Positions 18,642-28,589 of a DNA stretch of 64,000 nucleotides are shown here, in pieces. Origin of the DNA: Candidatus Oxydemutatoraceae bacterium. Its GTDB lineage: Bacteria > Pseudomonadota > Gammaproteobacteria > Poriferisulfidales > Oxydemutatoraceae. The translations under genes were made by a program, and so were the position numbers. Where the stretch lies: assembly GCA_965219575.1 (NCBI GenBank), contig OZ244779.1, positions 524,769 to 588,768 of the forward strand, read 5' to 3'. Numbering within the stretch: position 1 is the first letter of the stretch; each line of letters begins with the position of its first letter. The notes beneath the pieces are model-generated. The model was not told the origin of the DNA and made no database searches. It saw only the letters and a list, made by a program, of their open reading frames with translations.

Positions 18642-21433
18642 CGTATACCTCCGTTGGCACGTTTCTGTTTAATAGCCGCTGCGATTCGGTGAACCGCATC
18701 CAACTCGCTACAACGATGCTGCTTCATCAATTCGGCACGCACCGCTTTCTCGGATTTTTCGGTTTGTGCCAATGCCAACGACAAAGCAGGCACGACACTC
18801 CTAAACAAAGTCAGCAATATGTCGGAGACAACCACACCCTCGACATAGTCGCCCGACGCTTTTTTTGCTGACAATAGTAGCGACCTCTGGTCTTCGGATA
18901 AATGCTTAAAGCGAGCAACCTGCTCGACTTCACCTTGATCCATAGAGAGCGCAATCAACCATTCCGGTTGGTTCAACATTTCTCGGGCATTCTCCGGAAA
19001 TTGTGCCAATGTCTGCGTTGCCAACCATAGCCAAGCTCCGAAAGTCCGCCACATTGCCATAATGTTGTTGAGCGTCGGAGCAACCAACGGGTTCTTGAGC
19101 AATATGTGTGCTTCGTCTATTACGGTGAGTAGCTGTCGGTCTTCGTATTGACTACGCTCGGCAGTCTCGTTGATTTGGTTGAGCAAGCTCAAAATCGCAA
19201 CCGACAGCTGTGCTTGATAATCCTTTTTGGCAAAGCATCCCAACTCTATCACTGTAACATCGGCATCCGGCCACAAGCTGCCTTTGCGATTAAATATCTG
19301 ACCGGTCATGCCTTGACAAAACAGATCCATCGCATTGGCATACGCAATGAGTTTGTTCGCGGACGAAGCGTCCAGTAACATCTCACCTCCGCTTTGTTCA
19401 CCGCTTGCCAACGCGCGCATCGCAGCGACCACATCGGAGGTTCTGGTTTGCCGGTTTTGGCGTTGGGTGGTCTCGGCGGCGATGATGATTGCGCGTCTAA
19501 TCATGTTCATATCGGCGCGTCTCAGATCCGCCTCCTCGCGTGCATCGCCCCCGGTGATCATCAGCTTGGCGATGCTTTCCATTTCGGCTAAACGATCGCG
19601 CGACACATCGTCTGCATCGCCTCCGTCGGCACCGTCGTCGTCCACCGCAAGCAACAATTTGTGCGCATCCGCAAACGGCGGCAAGCTCACATCCATCTCG
19701 CCGATACGCACATAGTTGACGCGCACATCCAGACTTTTTAGATATTGCGCGAACAAACCGAAAGCCGGCAACGAAGTAATGACGAAAAGCCGTGGACGGT
19801 GTACCGCAATCAACTGTAGCAACATATAGATCAGGGTTGCCGTTTTGCCCGACCCGGTCGGTCCCAACATCAATAAGTGCGCGTTGCGCTTTCTATCGTC
19901 GGGGTTCAAAATATCAAAAGTGAGCGGTTGCGCACCTCTATTCCAAAACAAAAAGCCGGGGTTGCCGGTGCCGGTGCTACGCCCCCAAACCGGTGCGGTG
20001 CGTTGGATATGCTCGCTATACCAAAGTCGGCTACGGCGTATATAAGGTCTACGATCGTGGTTGCGGTCGTAAGAAAAAGGCAGGGCGCGTAAAAAACAAT
20101 CCTGCGCAATCAGGTCGTATTGCGGCGACACGACACGCAAGCCGTGCGCACTCAGAATAGATGTGGCTTGTATCGCGTTGGATTTCAATCGTTCCAGATC
20201 CTCGCCGCGCACGAAGACACCACCGTAGACCCTATAAAGTTTATGACCGGCTGCCATATATTCTTGTGCGCGGTGTGCCATCTCGTATTTGGCATTGGCT
20301 TCCGCCGAACCCCCTTTGGAGTTTTGCATCAGTTGTTGTATATGCTCGGAAATCTCCGTTTGAGAGCAGAACTGTATCGTCAAAGACAAGGTGGTGCCGG
20401 GCGGCATATTGTCCCACAGCACGCGCCGTTGCATCCCTACCTTTTGTTCGGCGGTCAACACGCCGATGGCAGGTTCGTCGACCAAGCCGTCAAAGCAAAC
20501 GAAGCGCGTCGCCTGCTTGCGAAAATACCAGTTGCCGTCGGCATCGCTACCCGGATAAACTCCCTGACACGCGCGTCTCACCAAATCACCCATGTCGTCG
20601 TCTAGTAAACCGAATCCGACTTGTGCCGTCTGCCACTGCGAAGGCTGAACATCGGCGGCGGATGTCGGAGCAAACCATTGCGTCAACCAACGACACAAAC
20701 CGGCCGGCGTATCGGCAACCAACTTGATGTTCGCCTGCGCCAGAGCATTTTTTAATTTCTCGGATACTTCCGCTATCGCATCGCCTTCTTTGTCGTTGCC
20801 ACCGTCGCGCCACAAACAAAGACGCACTCGGCGTATGCGGGCGCGCCATACACCCCCGGAAACCTGCCGGTCAAAGAACAAACCCTGCGGTTGACTCGCT
20901 TGCTCCAAATGCACACGCAACTGCTCCAGCCAACTCTGCGTAAAGCGATTTTCAGACAACCGTTTGCCGGCATAAGCCTTTAGCTGTTCGTGAACCGAAT
21001 CGAGCGAGGCTTCGTCTTCTAAGAAGAACTGCAGAAACCATAAATGCTTCTCGTTCTCCGGTATCACATTGGAAAATGCCGGCACCGCCTTATTGAATAA
21101 TGCCTTCACATAGGCATCCGATTGTCCTTCGACACCCGCCGGTATCAGCTCGAAAAATCGCCCCACATTGCTTAAGTTTCTCAGCAAAATATCGCAGCCG
21201 TTGAGGTCGGCACGCGGACCTAGATAATCCAAAAACCCCGGCGCCGAATAAAGACATCGGCTTTTCTGTCCGGGGTCGGCAACCTTCAGATAATCTCGCT
21301 GCTTGAGATGAGATTGCCCGCTACCGTCCCAGTAAAAATAAGGGGCTATATCTTTAGGAACATAAGCGGGCATCTCTTCCCTGTCGCCTCTATAAAGACC
21401 GAAATGCTTTTCCCACAAATTAAAAATAGACAT
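18638..21433 (-). CDS. VirB4/TraC-like conjugative ATPase (PFL_4706/TIGR03744)
   Basis: GRSTGTGNPG..FWNRG, GPTGSGKT Walker A, DEAH Walker B, WLWLATQ, LAQTEKSEKA.R. Confidence 0.93.
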   Translation of the reverse strand: MSIFNLWEKHFGLYRGDREEMPAYVPKDIAPYFYWDGSGQSHLKQRDYLKVADPGQKSRCLYSAPGFLDYLGPRADLNGCDILLRNLSNVGRFFELIPAGVEGQSDAYVKALFNKAVPAFSNVIPENEKHLWFLQFFLEDEASLDSVHEQLKAYAGKRLSENRFTQSWLEQLRVHLEQASQPQGLFFDRQVSGGVWRARIRRVRLCLWRDGGNDKEGDAIAEVSEKLKNALAQANIKLVADTPAGLCRWLTQWFAPTSAADVQPSQWQTAQVGFGLLDDDMGDLVRRACQGVYPGSDADGNWYFRKQATRFVCFDGLVDEPAIGVLTAEQKVGMQRRVLWDNMPPGTTLSLTIQFCSQTEISEHIQQLMQNSKGGSAEANAKYEMAHRAQEYMAAGHKLYRVYGGVFVRGEDLERLKSNAIQATSILSAHGLRVVSPQYDLIAQDCFLRALPFSYDRNHDRRPYIRRSRLWYSEHIQRTAPVWGRSTGTGNPGFLFWNRGAQPLTFDILNPDDRKRNAHLLMLGPTGSGKTATLIYMLLQLIAVHRPRLFVITSLPAFGLFAQYLKSLDVRVNYVRIGEMDVSLPPFADAHKLLLAVDDDGADGGDADDVSRDRLAEMESIAKLMITGGDAREEADLRRADMNMIRRAIIIAAETTQRQNRQTRTSDVVAAMRALASGEQSGGEMLLDASSANKLIAYANAMDLFCQGMTGQIFNRKGSLWPDADVTVIELGCFAKKDYQAQLSVAILSLLNQINETAERSQYEDRQLLTVIDEAHILLKNPLVAPTLNNIMAMWRTFGAWLWLATQTLAQFPENAREMLNQPEWLIALSMDQGEVEQVARFKHLSEDQRSLLLSAKKASGDYVEGVVVSDILLTLFRSVVPALSLALAQTEKSEKAVRAELMKQHRCSELDAVHRIAAAIKQKRANGGIR

Positions 21434-21816
21434 CAGAAATGCTCCGCAGGTAGTGCGTAATGATCTTTCTCGTACAAGCTGAAACCGGTTGCATAACCCG
21501 GCACCGGTGCGCCTTTGACGATATGCGGGAATACGAATAAAACGATCTTGGGGTTGGGCAACAGCGGGAAAAGCACTTCCAGTTCGTTGTTTGCGTCTCT
21601 GGTGTAAGCGGTTAAATCGGCAGAACCGTGGCGTAGCTTGCCGTCGATGCCGTCGGCACTCGCACTATGCGCCCTATATAATTCCAACATCGGGCGACGG
21701 TTGCCGTCGTGGCCCGGCAATTTGGAACCGCACCCTTCAGTCAAGGCGAGTGCCAGTATCATCACCAACCTCAAAAGCAAAGGTTGAAACATCGTATAGC
21801 TTTTTATTACTGTCAT
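21433..21816 (-). CDS. Conjugative transfer lipoprotein (TIGR03751-like)
   Basis: Lipobox-like EGC; YTRDANNE..LFP.LPNP..FVFPH..PVPGY.T..YALP. Confidence 0.88.
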   Translation of the reverse strand: MTVIKSYTMFQPLLLRLVMILALALTEGCGSKLPGHDGNRRPMLELYRAHSASADGIDGKLRHGSADLTAYTRDANNELEVLFPLLPNPKIVLFVFPHIVKGAPVPGYATGFSLYEKDHYALPAEHF

Positions 21817-23053
21817 AAATAAACTCCAACGGTTGATCTACATTGATTACTACTTCCCGCTCGGGAGGCACATAAATCGCATCCCATACATCGTATCTGG
21901 ATGCCAAATAATTCCTGACATTGCCGGCCGACTTGGCAAAGCCTTCACCGATGAGCACCCGCACTTCTTCACCGGTAACACTCTCTATGGTGTTACCTTC
22001 GGGGCTGACCGTACGAGTACGCTGGTTGTCGGCATAACCTTCGCCTATGCCTTGCGCAATACCCAAAATCGCCTCGGCGGTTATTTGTTTTGCGGCGTTG
22101 CTAACGAGCTTGCCCTTAAGACAAGGATGACCGTAAGCGTCGCTCAAATACCCCAAACCTTTTTCGCTGTCGGAGGCTTCCACAAAACCGACTACCTTGC
22201 CCGGCAAAACCGCCGTGACCCGCGTCAAAACAACTCGCACACATTCAAAATTAGCGTCGCCGAATGCCCTGCCGTCCCAAATCATCTGCGCGGTATCGAC
22301 GGCATAACCGTTGGGTGCATAACCTTCCATCGTGCTGATAACTTTGATAGGCCAAGGTTCGTTCAACTGTCCGCGCACCGGCAGACGTCCTATCGCTGCG
22401 GTCAATGTAACACCTTGTATGATCGTGGCAGGCGGGATGGTGTGTGCCACCGCCTCGTCGTCGGCTGCCGCGACTGCCGATATCGCATCTATATCCAAAT
22501 ACTCGGACACACCACCGGCAAGATGTTCCGACCCATCGTCATCGGGTGTTATCACGCTTTGATCCTCTATCCACAACCAAGCAGGTTGCGCCGGAACACT
22601 CGACGGCGAATAATCGGGCACCTCCTCGTGGTACGGTGCGATCGGTTCATCCCCCGGTTTCGATATATCGAGTTGTCGGTTGCCGACACGCTCGGGTATA
22701 TTCGTTTGTTGTGCATCGGTTTGACGGGCGGTGCTGTTCTGCCGGTTCGCGAGTTTTTTAATCTCGCCGTGCAGTGTTTGCAACTCGCTATGAATTTGAC
22801 TCACCGTTCGGTTAATTTGTTCCTTAAAAGCCGATTGGTCTTCGCGTATTTCATTGATCCGAGAACCCACGGCTTTAACGGCTTCCGAAGGACTGTCGCT
22901 ATCCTGCGCCGGATAACCGGGCGATTGCGACGGCTCGGACGAAGTGGTTTGCGAGTCCGAAAAATTATCGTCTTGACCGTTTGCCAGCAACATCAGCAGT
23001 GCGACAATGCCGATGACCGCAATCAGAATATAAACTAAAGGATTGGTCTTCAT
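21737..23053 (-). CDS. VirB10/TrbI-like ICE protein (PFL_4705/TIGR03752)
   Basis: N-terminal TM and coiled coil; TIP..T..IGRLPV.G, G.AFGD...CVR, LGYLSD.YG.PC..G, AIYVPP. Confidence 0.88.
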   Translation of the reverse strand: MKTNPLVYILIAVIGIVALLMLLANGQDDNFSDSQTTSSEPSQSPGYPAQDSDSPSEAVKAVGSRINEIREDQSAFKEQINRTVSQIHSELQTLHGEIKKLANRQNSTARQTDAQQTNIPERVGNRQLDISKPGDEPIAPYHEEVPDYSPSSVPAQPAWLWIEDQSVITPDDDGSEHLAGGVSEYLDIDAISAVAAADDEAVAHTIPPATIIQGVTLTAAIGRLPVRGQLNEPWPIKVISTMEGYAPNGYAVDTAQMIWDGRAFGDANFECVRVVLTRVTAVLPGKVVGFVEASDSEKGLGYLSDAYGHPCLKGKLVSNAAKQITAEAILGIAQGIGEGYADNQRTRTVSPEGNTIESVTGEEVRVLIGEGFAKSAGNVRNYLASRYDVWDAIYVPPEREVVINVDQPLEFIYDSNKKLYDVSTFAFEVGDDTGTRLD

Positions 23054-23060
23054 CGTATCG

Positions 23061-23912
23061 TTAAAGTTCAGGTTCGAGCGCATCGTTCGGTGTTCTATAC
23101 AACCAGCGCGATTCGGGAATGGAACGGCGCAACGGTTTATTGCCGATAACGACCAACGCAGTCACCGACTTCTCGGTATTCGCAGGTTCCAGTTTCGAAT
23201 GTGCGAGTGCTGCCGCTTTGAAGTTTCCGACGATTGCGCGAGGGTCTAAGGCAACGGTAGTTTGCAAGGTGTTTTTAAGTTCCAACAAAGTCGCATAGAG
23301 TTCGGTCGTGCGCCACGCCGCAATCGGTTTGGCAAACACTCCACCACCGCAAATAGGTTCGTTGACCCTCAAGCAACGCATAATGTCTATCAGGTCTTCG
23401 GGGTAATCGGTTGCGGTGATACACGGGTTGCCGGTTAATAACCGGCGCGGCGCATAAGCCCATTGCAACGCATAGCGGGCGAGTTCGACCATACCGATAT
23501 CGCAATTTGAATCGGCAACCGCAACTTGAGATATTGCGGTGTCCGTATCGCTACTTAACAAAATAGGTTCGCCCGGTGGATCGTCATAGCCGGCACCGAG
23601 TATCAGCACCATCTTGGTATCGGGCATCTCGGTGTCGGATATTTTGAAAATGACTTTCTGGTCTTCAAAACTTTGCTCGGCAAGCAACCAAACCTGTGAG
23701 CCTATCGTGGTTACCGATAATTTCTTATGCAACGACTTGGGTATGCCGACCTTGACCGACGCTGCCGATTTGAGCATAAAACGTCGCTCGCTCCCGACTC
23801 GCAGCTGCACTTGAATAGGCTCGTCTCTATAAACCAGTTGTAGTGTCTCATCGGCGTGCAGATAATTGTTTGCCAATAACAGTAGAAAGATAAAGAAGTT
23901 TTCGCGTATCAT
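23061..23912 (-). CDS. ICE protein PFL_4704/TIGR03749-like
   Basis: PIQVQLRVGSER, LARYA.Q..YAPRRL, PIAAW, LDPR. Confidence 0.85.
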   Translation of the reverse strand: MIRENFFIFLLLLANNYLHADETLQLVYRDEPIQVQLRVGSERRFMLKSAASVKVGIPKSLHKKLSVTTIGSQVWLLAEQSFEDQKVIFKISDTEMPDTKMVLILGAGYDDPPGEPILLSSDTDTAISQVAVADSNCDIGMVELARYALQWAYAPRRLLTGNPCITATDYPEDLIDIMRCLRVNEPICGGGVFAKPIAAWRTTELYATLLELKNTLQTTVALDPRAIVGNFKAAALAHSKLEPANTEKSVTALVVIGNKPLRRSIPESRWLYRTPNDALEPEL

Positions 23913-24565
23913 TACTTGCCTCTTTCGCTCTGTTGTATCTGCTCGGCATTGCCGACAGGAATACGAATCGACGGCTTTGACGGCGCATCGAGCAGCAGAC
24001 CCCATGGGTTATACGCCGAGTTGATATCTTTGTAGACCACCGGAATATGCTCACGAATGGTGATGCCGTCTTTGATTTTGATGCCGTTCAAGCTCTCGTT
24101 CAATATCAAGTCCAACTGCACGAGCCATGCATTTCCGGCAGTCCGGCGGACCAAGCTGTGCTTGTAGACACTTGCCGGTTGCAAACTGCGCTTGCGTCCC
24201 TTGAGCTCTCCGCGCTTAGCCAAATCACTGTTTTTCTGCATTAAGAAACGGTAAAAATCATCGGTTATCAAATAACGAAGCCTTTGTATGTTGGCGGTGA
24301 AATCGTTACTGCCGTCTTCCAACCATAAATAAATTTGCTGATAAACCGAACCGGCGAATAAATAAATCTCGTGTGCTTCTATCGTGCCGGTGGTGAGCTT
24401 GGAACCAAAACGCAACTCGGGGGGTAGCGATAAACGATGCTCTCTCGCAACCCAAAACACTGCAGCGAGTAGGAGCAGACAAACGGCGAACAAACCCGCA
24501 CCGATCAGCCTCAAGGTTTTAATGTGTGCAACCAAATTGGCTTCTGCCGAATGATAACGATTCAT
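23912..24565 (-). CDS. ICE protein PFL_4703/TIGR03746-like
   Basis: HIKTLR, LPPELR.G, FA...YQQ...W..DG, ELKGRKR, NPWGL.LD. Confidence 0.88.
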   Translation of the reverse strand: MNRYHSAEANLVAHIKTLRLIGAGLFAVCLLLLAAVFWVAREHRLSLPPELRFGSKLTTGTIEAHEIYLFAGSVYQQIYLWLEDGSNDFTANIQRLRYLITDDFYRFLMQKNSDLAKRGELKGRKRSLQPASVYKHSLVRRTAGNAWLVQLDLILNESLNGIKIKDGITIREHIPVVYKDINSAYNPWGLLLDAPSKPSIRIPVGNAEQIQQSERGK

Positions 24566-24569
24566 TTGT

Positions 24570-24899
24570 CTAAGATCCGGTGGCTTTGAAATTGCCGATA
24601 TGCCGACATTGGTGAAAATAGCCGGTCCAATAAAAGCGATCCGCCAAGTATTGCAAGTGCCAATGTCTAGGACGGCTACGCTTGAGACGGCTGTAGCAAA
24701 CGGCAACCAACCACACCGTGAAAGGTGTCATCACCATGAACACGATAAGCCCTATAAATATATTCCAAAATACGAAGCTCAGCAGAGCCGATAGCAACAG
24801 CCAAACGATGACGGCAACTACGATCACAAAGCTCAGTTCGGAACCGGTGCAACCTTTTAACATCAACGGTTCGTCGTCTAAAAAATCGGCAGGCTTCAT
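24570..24899 (-). CDS. Conjugative transfer region membrane protein (TIGR03750-like)
   Basis: EPLMLKGCTGSEL, two TM helices, RLKRSRP. Confidence 0.85.
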   Translation of the reverse strand: MKPADFLDDEPLMLKGCTGSELSFVIVVAVIVWLLLSALLSFVFWNIFIGLIVFMVMTPFTVWLVAVCYSRLKRSRPRHWHLQYLADRFYWTGYFHQCRHIGNFKATGS

Positions 24900-24925
24900 A
24901 TCGATCTCCACGCTAAATCCACGCT

Positions 24926-25279
24926 TTATATTTCGTTGACATACTGAACAATCTGCACCGTGCCGAAGATAATCAGCACCAGAACCAAAATCGTTGCAAT
25001 AACCGTGACCGCGAAATGCCCCCACTCGCCCTGTTCGCGTCCTTTTTTCAGCGCATTCAATAATCCGCCGCTCGCACCCAGCACCGCAATAATCAGCATA
25101 GCTACCGCAGCCACCGTGAAAATGGCTATCAGCGCATTTCTGAAATACTCCCAGAAATCACCGCCACTACCGCCGCCGAAACTCGGCGGTGTCGGCAGTT
25201 GCGCTTGCGCCACCGACCACAGCGACAACAGCACAATCGTGCCGAGCGTGGTTCGAAGTAATAATTTAATCTGTGACAT
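24926..25279 (-). CDS. ICE membrane/pilin-like protein (TIGR03745-like)
   Basis: Signal peptide, LPTPP, two TM helices separated by G.WG.F. Confidence 0.75.
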   Translation of the reverse strand: MSQIKLLLRTTLGTIVLLSLWSVAQAQLPTPPSFGGGSGGDFWEYFRNALIAIFTVAAVAMLIIAVLGASGGLLNALKKGREQGEWGHFAVTVIATILVLVLIIFGTVQIVQYVNEI

Positions 25280-25287
25280 AAAAACAC

Positions 25288-25545
25288 CTATAGTCGGGTT
25301 GAAACCAAATAATGAACAAAAGCCATAACCAAAATGATCAGGGTCAGCGCACGCAACACCCCGAACAAAAAACTCGCCTCGGACAACACGCCGTTTTGTA
25401 ATCCTCTGCGCAACCTCATCAACCTAGCAACGAACCCTATAAAAATTAAAATGCTCAACACCGTAGAGAACAACAACTCCAAGTCGCCCATCGAAATGCC
25501 ACTGGCGGATAAAAAAGCGTCGCCGTTATAATTGCTATTCAACAT
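25288..25545 (-). CDS. ICE small membrane protein (TIGR03758-like)
   Basis: AFLSASG motif, two TM helices, synteny. Confidence 0.7.
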   Translation of the reverse strand: MLNSNYNGDAFLSASGISMGDLELLFSTVLSILIFIGFVARLMRLRRGLQNGVLSEASFLFGVLRALTLIILVMAFVHYLVSTRL

Positions 25546-26050
25546 CGGAGTAACGAGCCTTTAATCGAGTCGGTGGCAGTGCCTGAAAGCCGCGCGGCGT
25601 ATAATCGTCTGCTGCAAGGTAGCGTTTGATCGCAAAGATGACGGTATCGATGTCTACTTCAAAAGCGTCATAGTTGAATACCTTGCGTTGCTGCGGTTGC
25701 ACCTGTCGTTCGGCATTCGCTGCCAGCATTTTGGATTGCTCCAACAGCTGCACGATGTTTTTTAGATAGCTTTCCTCTTCGGTATAATCCGCTTGCAAAA
25801 CGCGATCGGACTGCAACTGCATCACCGCCTGTTGCGGCACCAGCGGTTGCCGAAAAAAATCTTGTTCTGCGTTCGTGCTCATGTTCATATTCATCGGTCT
25901 ATCTTGTTCGAAGGACATGCCGTGGTGCGCGTGGCAACCGACGATCGTTATCGGTGTTAGTAGCATCGCCGGCAACACGATGTGCGTGCGAATAGTCGCC
26001 GTTATTCTCTTTGCAAGGTCTCTTGGGTGAAACCACGGTGCGCAACGCAT
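25535..26050 (-). CDS. RAQPRD-family ICE protein
   Basis: R..FNY..F..DI..V..AI.RYL....TPR pattern; synteny. Confidence 0.75.
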   Translation of the reverse strand: MRCAPWFHPRDLAKRITATIRTHIVLPAMLLTPITIVGCHAHHGMSFEQDRPMNMNMSTNAEQDFFRQPLVPQQAVMQLQSDRVLQADYTEEESYLKNIVQLLEQSKMLAANAERQVQPQQRKVFNYDAFEVDIDTVIFAIKRYLAADDYTPRGFQALPPTRLKARYSDVE

Positions 26051-26131
26051 AAAAACGATTCCTATTTCTAAAGCCCAAGCCGGAACGCACTATCAACATC
26101 CGCCGATAAAATAACGGAGCGCAATGCCGTC

Positions 26132-26722
26132 TCATCGTGCTACCACCGGTGCATCCCATATATAAACCTTTCGGCTCATGGTCTTATGACCACATCGGGT
26201 TTGAAGATTCACCATCGGCACCCACTCGTGCCAGCAACTCGCAAAGCTCTCTCCCATCAACAAACCGCTTAAGGTCAGTTCGTAATAGCTATCTTTATAA
26301 CCGGTACACGATTTAGCCCCTTGGGGAATCACACACATTATCGAAGTGCGACCCCCGAATTGCTTATCATCCGCAAAGCACAACGTTTTGAACTTTGAGT
26401 GACCCATTGCAGTGCAAGTCGCCCTCGGGGTGTATTTTTGGATAGCCAGATTGCCGGAACGCTCTACAACCGTATACAATAAATCCTCTTTATATCCGCT
26501 GTAAGCACCGCTGTTATCTACCGTGACTTTCATCCCTTTGAAAGTTTGTTTCATATTTCCTTTCGTTAAGACGACCACGGATTTTTCCGATTCTATCGCT
26601 TTGAAATCACTCTCTTGCATCTTCGGCAGGTCGGTAGAATCCCGTATCGATTGCGCCTCTATCGGTACCGTCATCAAAAAAGCACATAAAGCAACGATGT
26701 ATAGATTTAATTTTGAAAACAT
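26132..26722 (-). CDS. Secreted Cys-rich hypothetical protein
   Basis: Signal peptide, six Cys in the mature part, GAGGAGG-like RBS. Confidence 0.7.
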   Translation of the reverse strand: MFSKLNLYIVALCAFLMTVPIEAQSIRDSTDLPKMQESDFKAIESEKSVVVLTKGNMKQTFKGMKVTVDNSGAYSGYKEDLLYTVVERSGNLAIQKYTPRATCTAMGHSKFKTLCFADDKQFGGRTSIMCVIPQGAKSCTGYKDSYYELTLSGLLMGESFASCWHEWVPMVNLQTRCGHKTMSRKVYIWDAPVVAR

Positions 26723-26748
26723 AATAGCCTCCTCTAAGTTATGCCGAG

Positions 26749-27135
26749 CTAGCCCGGGGTTGATAAACGAGACACTTCCTGTAAATAAAGCGTCTCAAAA
26801 TTTCTGGTGTCGTCTATCAGCCGTGAACGGATACGCGCCGCAGCACGCGCGTATCGCCGCCGTTCGGCTTCGTCCTCGGATAGAATCCCTAATATTTCGT
26901 GTGGCGACAGTCTATCGGTGTCCATATAACCCTTGTATATCTCTCGCTTGAGCAGAAACTCGCGCATCTCGGACTCTTGCAAGCCCAGATGATGCATTTG
27001 ATTTTTCTGCAAAGGGCTCAATTCCAAACTGCGGAAATTGACGGTGCTGTATGATGCACCGAACATAAAGAGCAACATGCCCACAACGGATAGCCCGACG
27101 GTTAAATAGAGTTTGGTGTGGTGCTTTATTTTCAT
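26749..27135 (-). CDS. Short TIGR03759 (PFL_4693)-like ICE protein
   Basis: GL..SE...F, LSP.EILGI......ERRRYA motif. Confidence 0.7.
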   Translation of the reverse strand: MKIKHHTKLYLTVGLSVVGMLLFMFGASYSTVNFRSLELSPLQKNQMHHLGLQESEMREFLLKREIYKGYMDTDRLSPHEILGILSEDEAERRRYARAAARIRSRLIDDTRNFETLYLQEVSRLSTPG

Positions 27136-27905
27136 TGCCCGTGAACCTCCTTATAAACGATTGCGTCGGCATAAAGCGTGTAGAGCCTATCGGTGGCAGG
27201 TTCGTATAAGGTCAGCGATTGCTCGGCAACCGATATGTCTTCAACTTTTAGACCGGCGAAAAAATTACCGACCGACAAACCGGTTTTTCTATTGCCCAAA
27301 GACACGATTGCCACCGCGCCGTCGTCCCAAATAGAAACGCTTAATAACTTCAACCCGACAACCGGCAACTCGTCCCGAGAGTCTTGACGCTGATCTACTT
27401 GCATTTTTTGCATGACGGTTTCGATCTGCTTCAAGGAGTCATCGAAAGTGTCGTCGGCACTTGCCAACGCCGCAACCCGGCCCGTTAAGGACTGCACCTG
27501 CGAATATAAACCCTGCAATGTTTCTGCATTGAGTGCTTTGTCGTGCGATAACTCCGACCGCATTTGTGATACCGATTGTTCGATCGAACTCAAACGCTCG
27601 TCTGCGGCATCCAAACGGCTGCCGAAATCGGAAATACTCACCGTGTTATCGGTCTCTATGTCGGCACTGCTGTCGAAGCCGTCGTACGGATAAACCGTCG
27701 GTGTGTCGTTCATAGCCTCAAACCCGATATCGGTGTTGCCGTCGGTAGACGGTCGTATCTCCGATTGAAAGCCGATAAAAATAGCAACGGTTGCAACTAC
27801 GAAAATAACGAGTGCGCCGCCTAAAGCGATCTTGGCTTTCGAGATAGACCCTGCACGAGGTGTTATGACTCCCATACTCATTTCCACTATCCCACTCGCA
27901 TACAA
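27132..27905 (-). CDS. Single-TM coiled-coil ICE-associated protein
   Basis: N-terminal TM, central coiled coil, C-terminal beta-rich segment; co-oriented with the tra genes. Confidence 0.65.
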   Translation of the reverse strand: MYASGIVEMSMGVITPRAGSISKAKIALGGALVIFVVATVAIFIGFQSEIRPSTDGNTDIGFEAMNDTPTVYPYDGFDSSADIETDNTVSISDFGSRLDAADERLSSIEQSVSQMRSELSHDKALNAETLQGLYSQVQSLTGRVAALASADDTFDDSLKQIETVMQKMQVDQRQDSRDELPVVGLKLLSVSIWDDGAVAIVSLGNRKTGLSVGNFFAGLKVEDISVAEQSLTLYEPATDRLYTLYADAIVYKEVHGQ

Positions 27906-27915
27906 CCGGTCTGCT

Positions 27916-28425
27916 TCATTGCGTGCTTCGGCTGTCTAGCTCTTCGCCCAAAGACCACTTGAGCTTATTTAATTCGTCCCAAACCGCCTTGACTTTGTCT
28001 CTATATCTTTGCGACAAGTGCGGCGTATTTGAATGGTACGAACCCACGCCCTCCCAGATACCCTTTTGCCTAATCTTGTTTGCCAATATCCACGCACCCA
28101 CTGCGATATTTTTGCAAGGGATTTTCAAGTCTGCAGAACTGATGCCGTGCCGATCGAGTGTGTCTTTCCATACCGTATTGATTTGCATCAAACCGATGTC
28201 CCACGAACCGTTTTTGTTGTAGCGAATAGGTGTATCGGTTCTATCGGCAGTCTCTACATATTTAACCGCCAACAGCAACAACGGGTCTAATTCATACTGG
28301 TGTGCGGCGGTTGCGATGCAGACGGCAATATCCGTAGACACATCCACTTTAGTGTTGACATTGGCAGCAACGGAATGTGCAGCCAACACGATAAAGGTCA
28401 ATATATATTTAATATAGTCGTTCAT
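27916..28425 (-). CDS. Lytic transglycosylase (SLT domain)
   Basis: AVKYVE, NKNGSWDIGLMQIN, NIAVGAWIL, VGSYHS. Confidence 0.92.
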   Translation of the reverse strand: MNDYIKYILTFIVLAAHSVAANVNTKVDVSTDIAVCIATAAHQYELDPLLLLAVKYVETADRTDTPIRYNKNGSWDIGLMQINTVWKDTLDRHGISSADLKIPCKNIAVGAWILANKIRQKGIWEGVGSYHSNTPHLSQRYRDKVKAVWDELNKLKWSLGEELDSRSTQ

Positions 28426-28589
28426 ATTTATACTCCTGTGCAATTTGAAATTACTCATGCGAACAGAGTATCCCAACCCGTATAACGAGTTCCGGACATT
28501 CCGACGAACGGTAGCGAATATCCGACGGAAGGTACCGGCACTAGATATTTCGGTGCTTTGCGGTGCGGCTCATTTCGGGGTAACCGACA

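Noticed and set aside
21833-23038. 401-aa + strand ORF (also 17838..18572)
   Set aside because: Antisense shadow of recognisable T4SS genes, with no motifs of its own.
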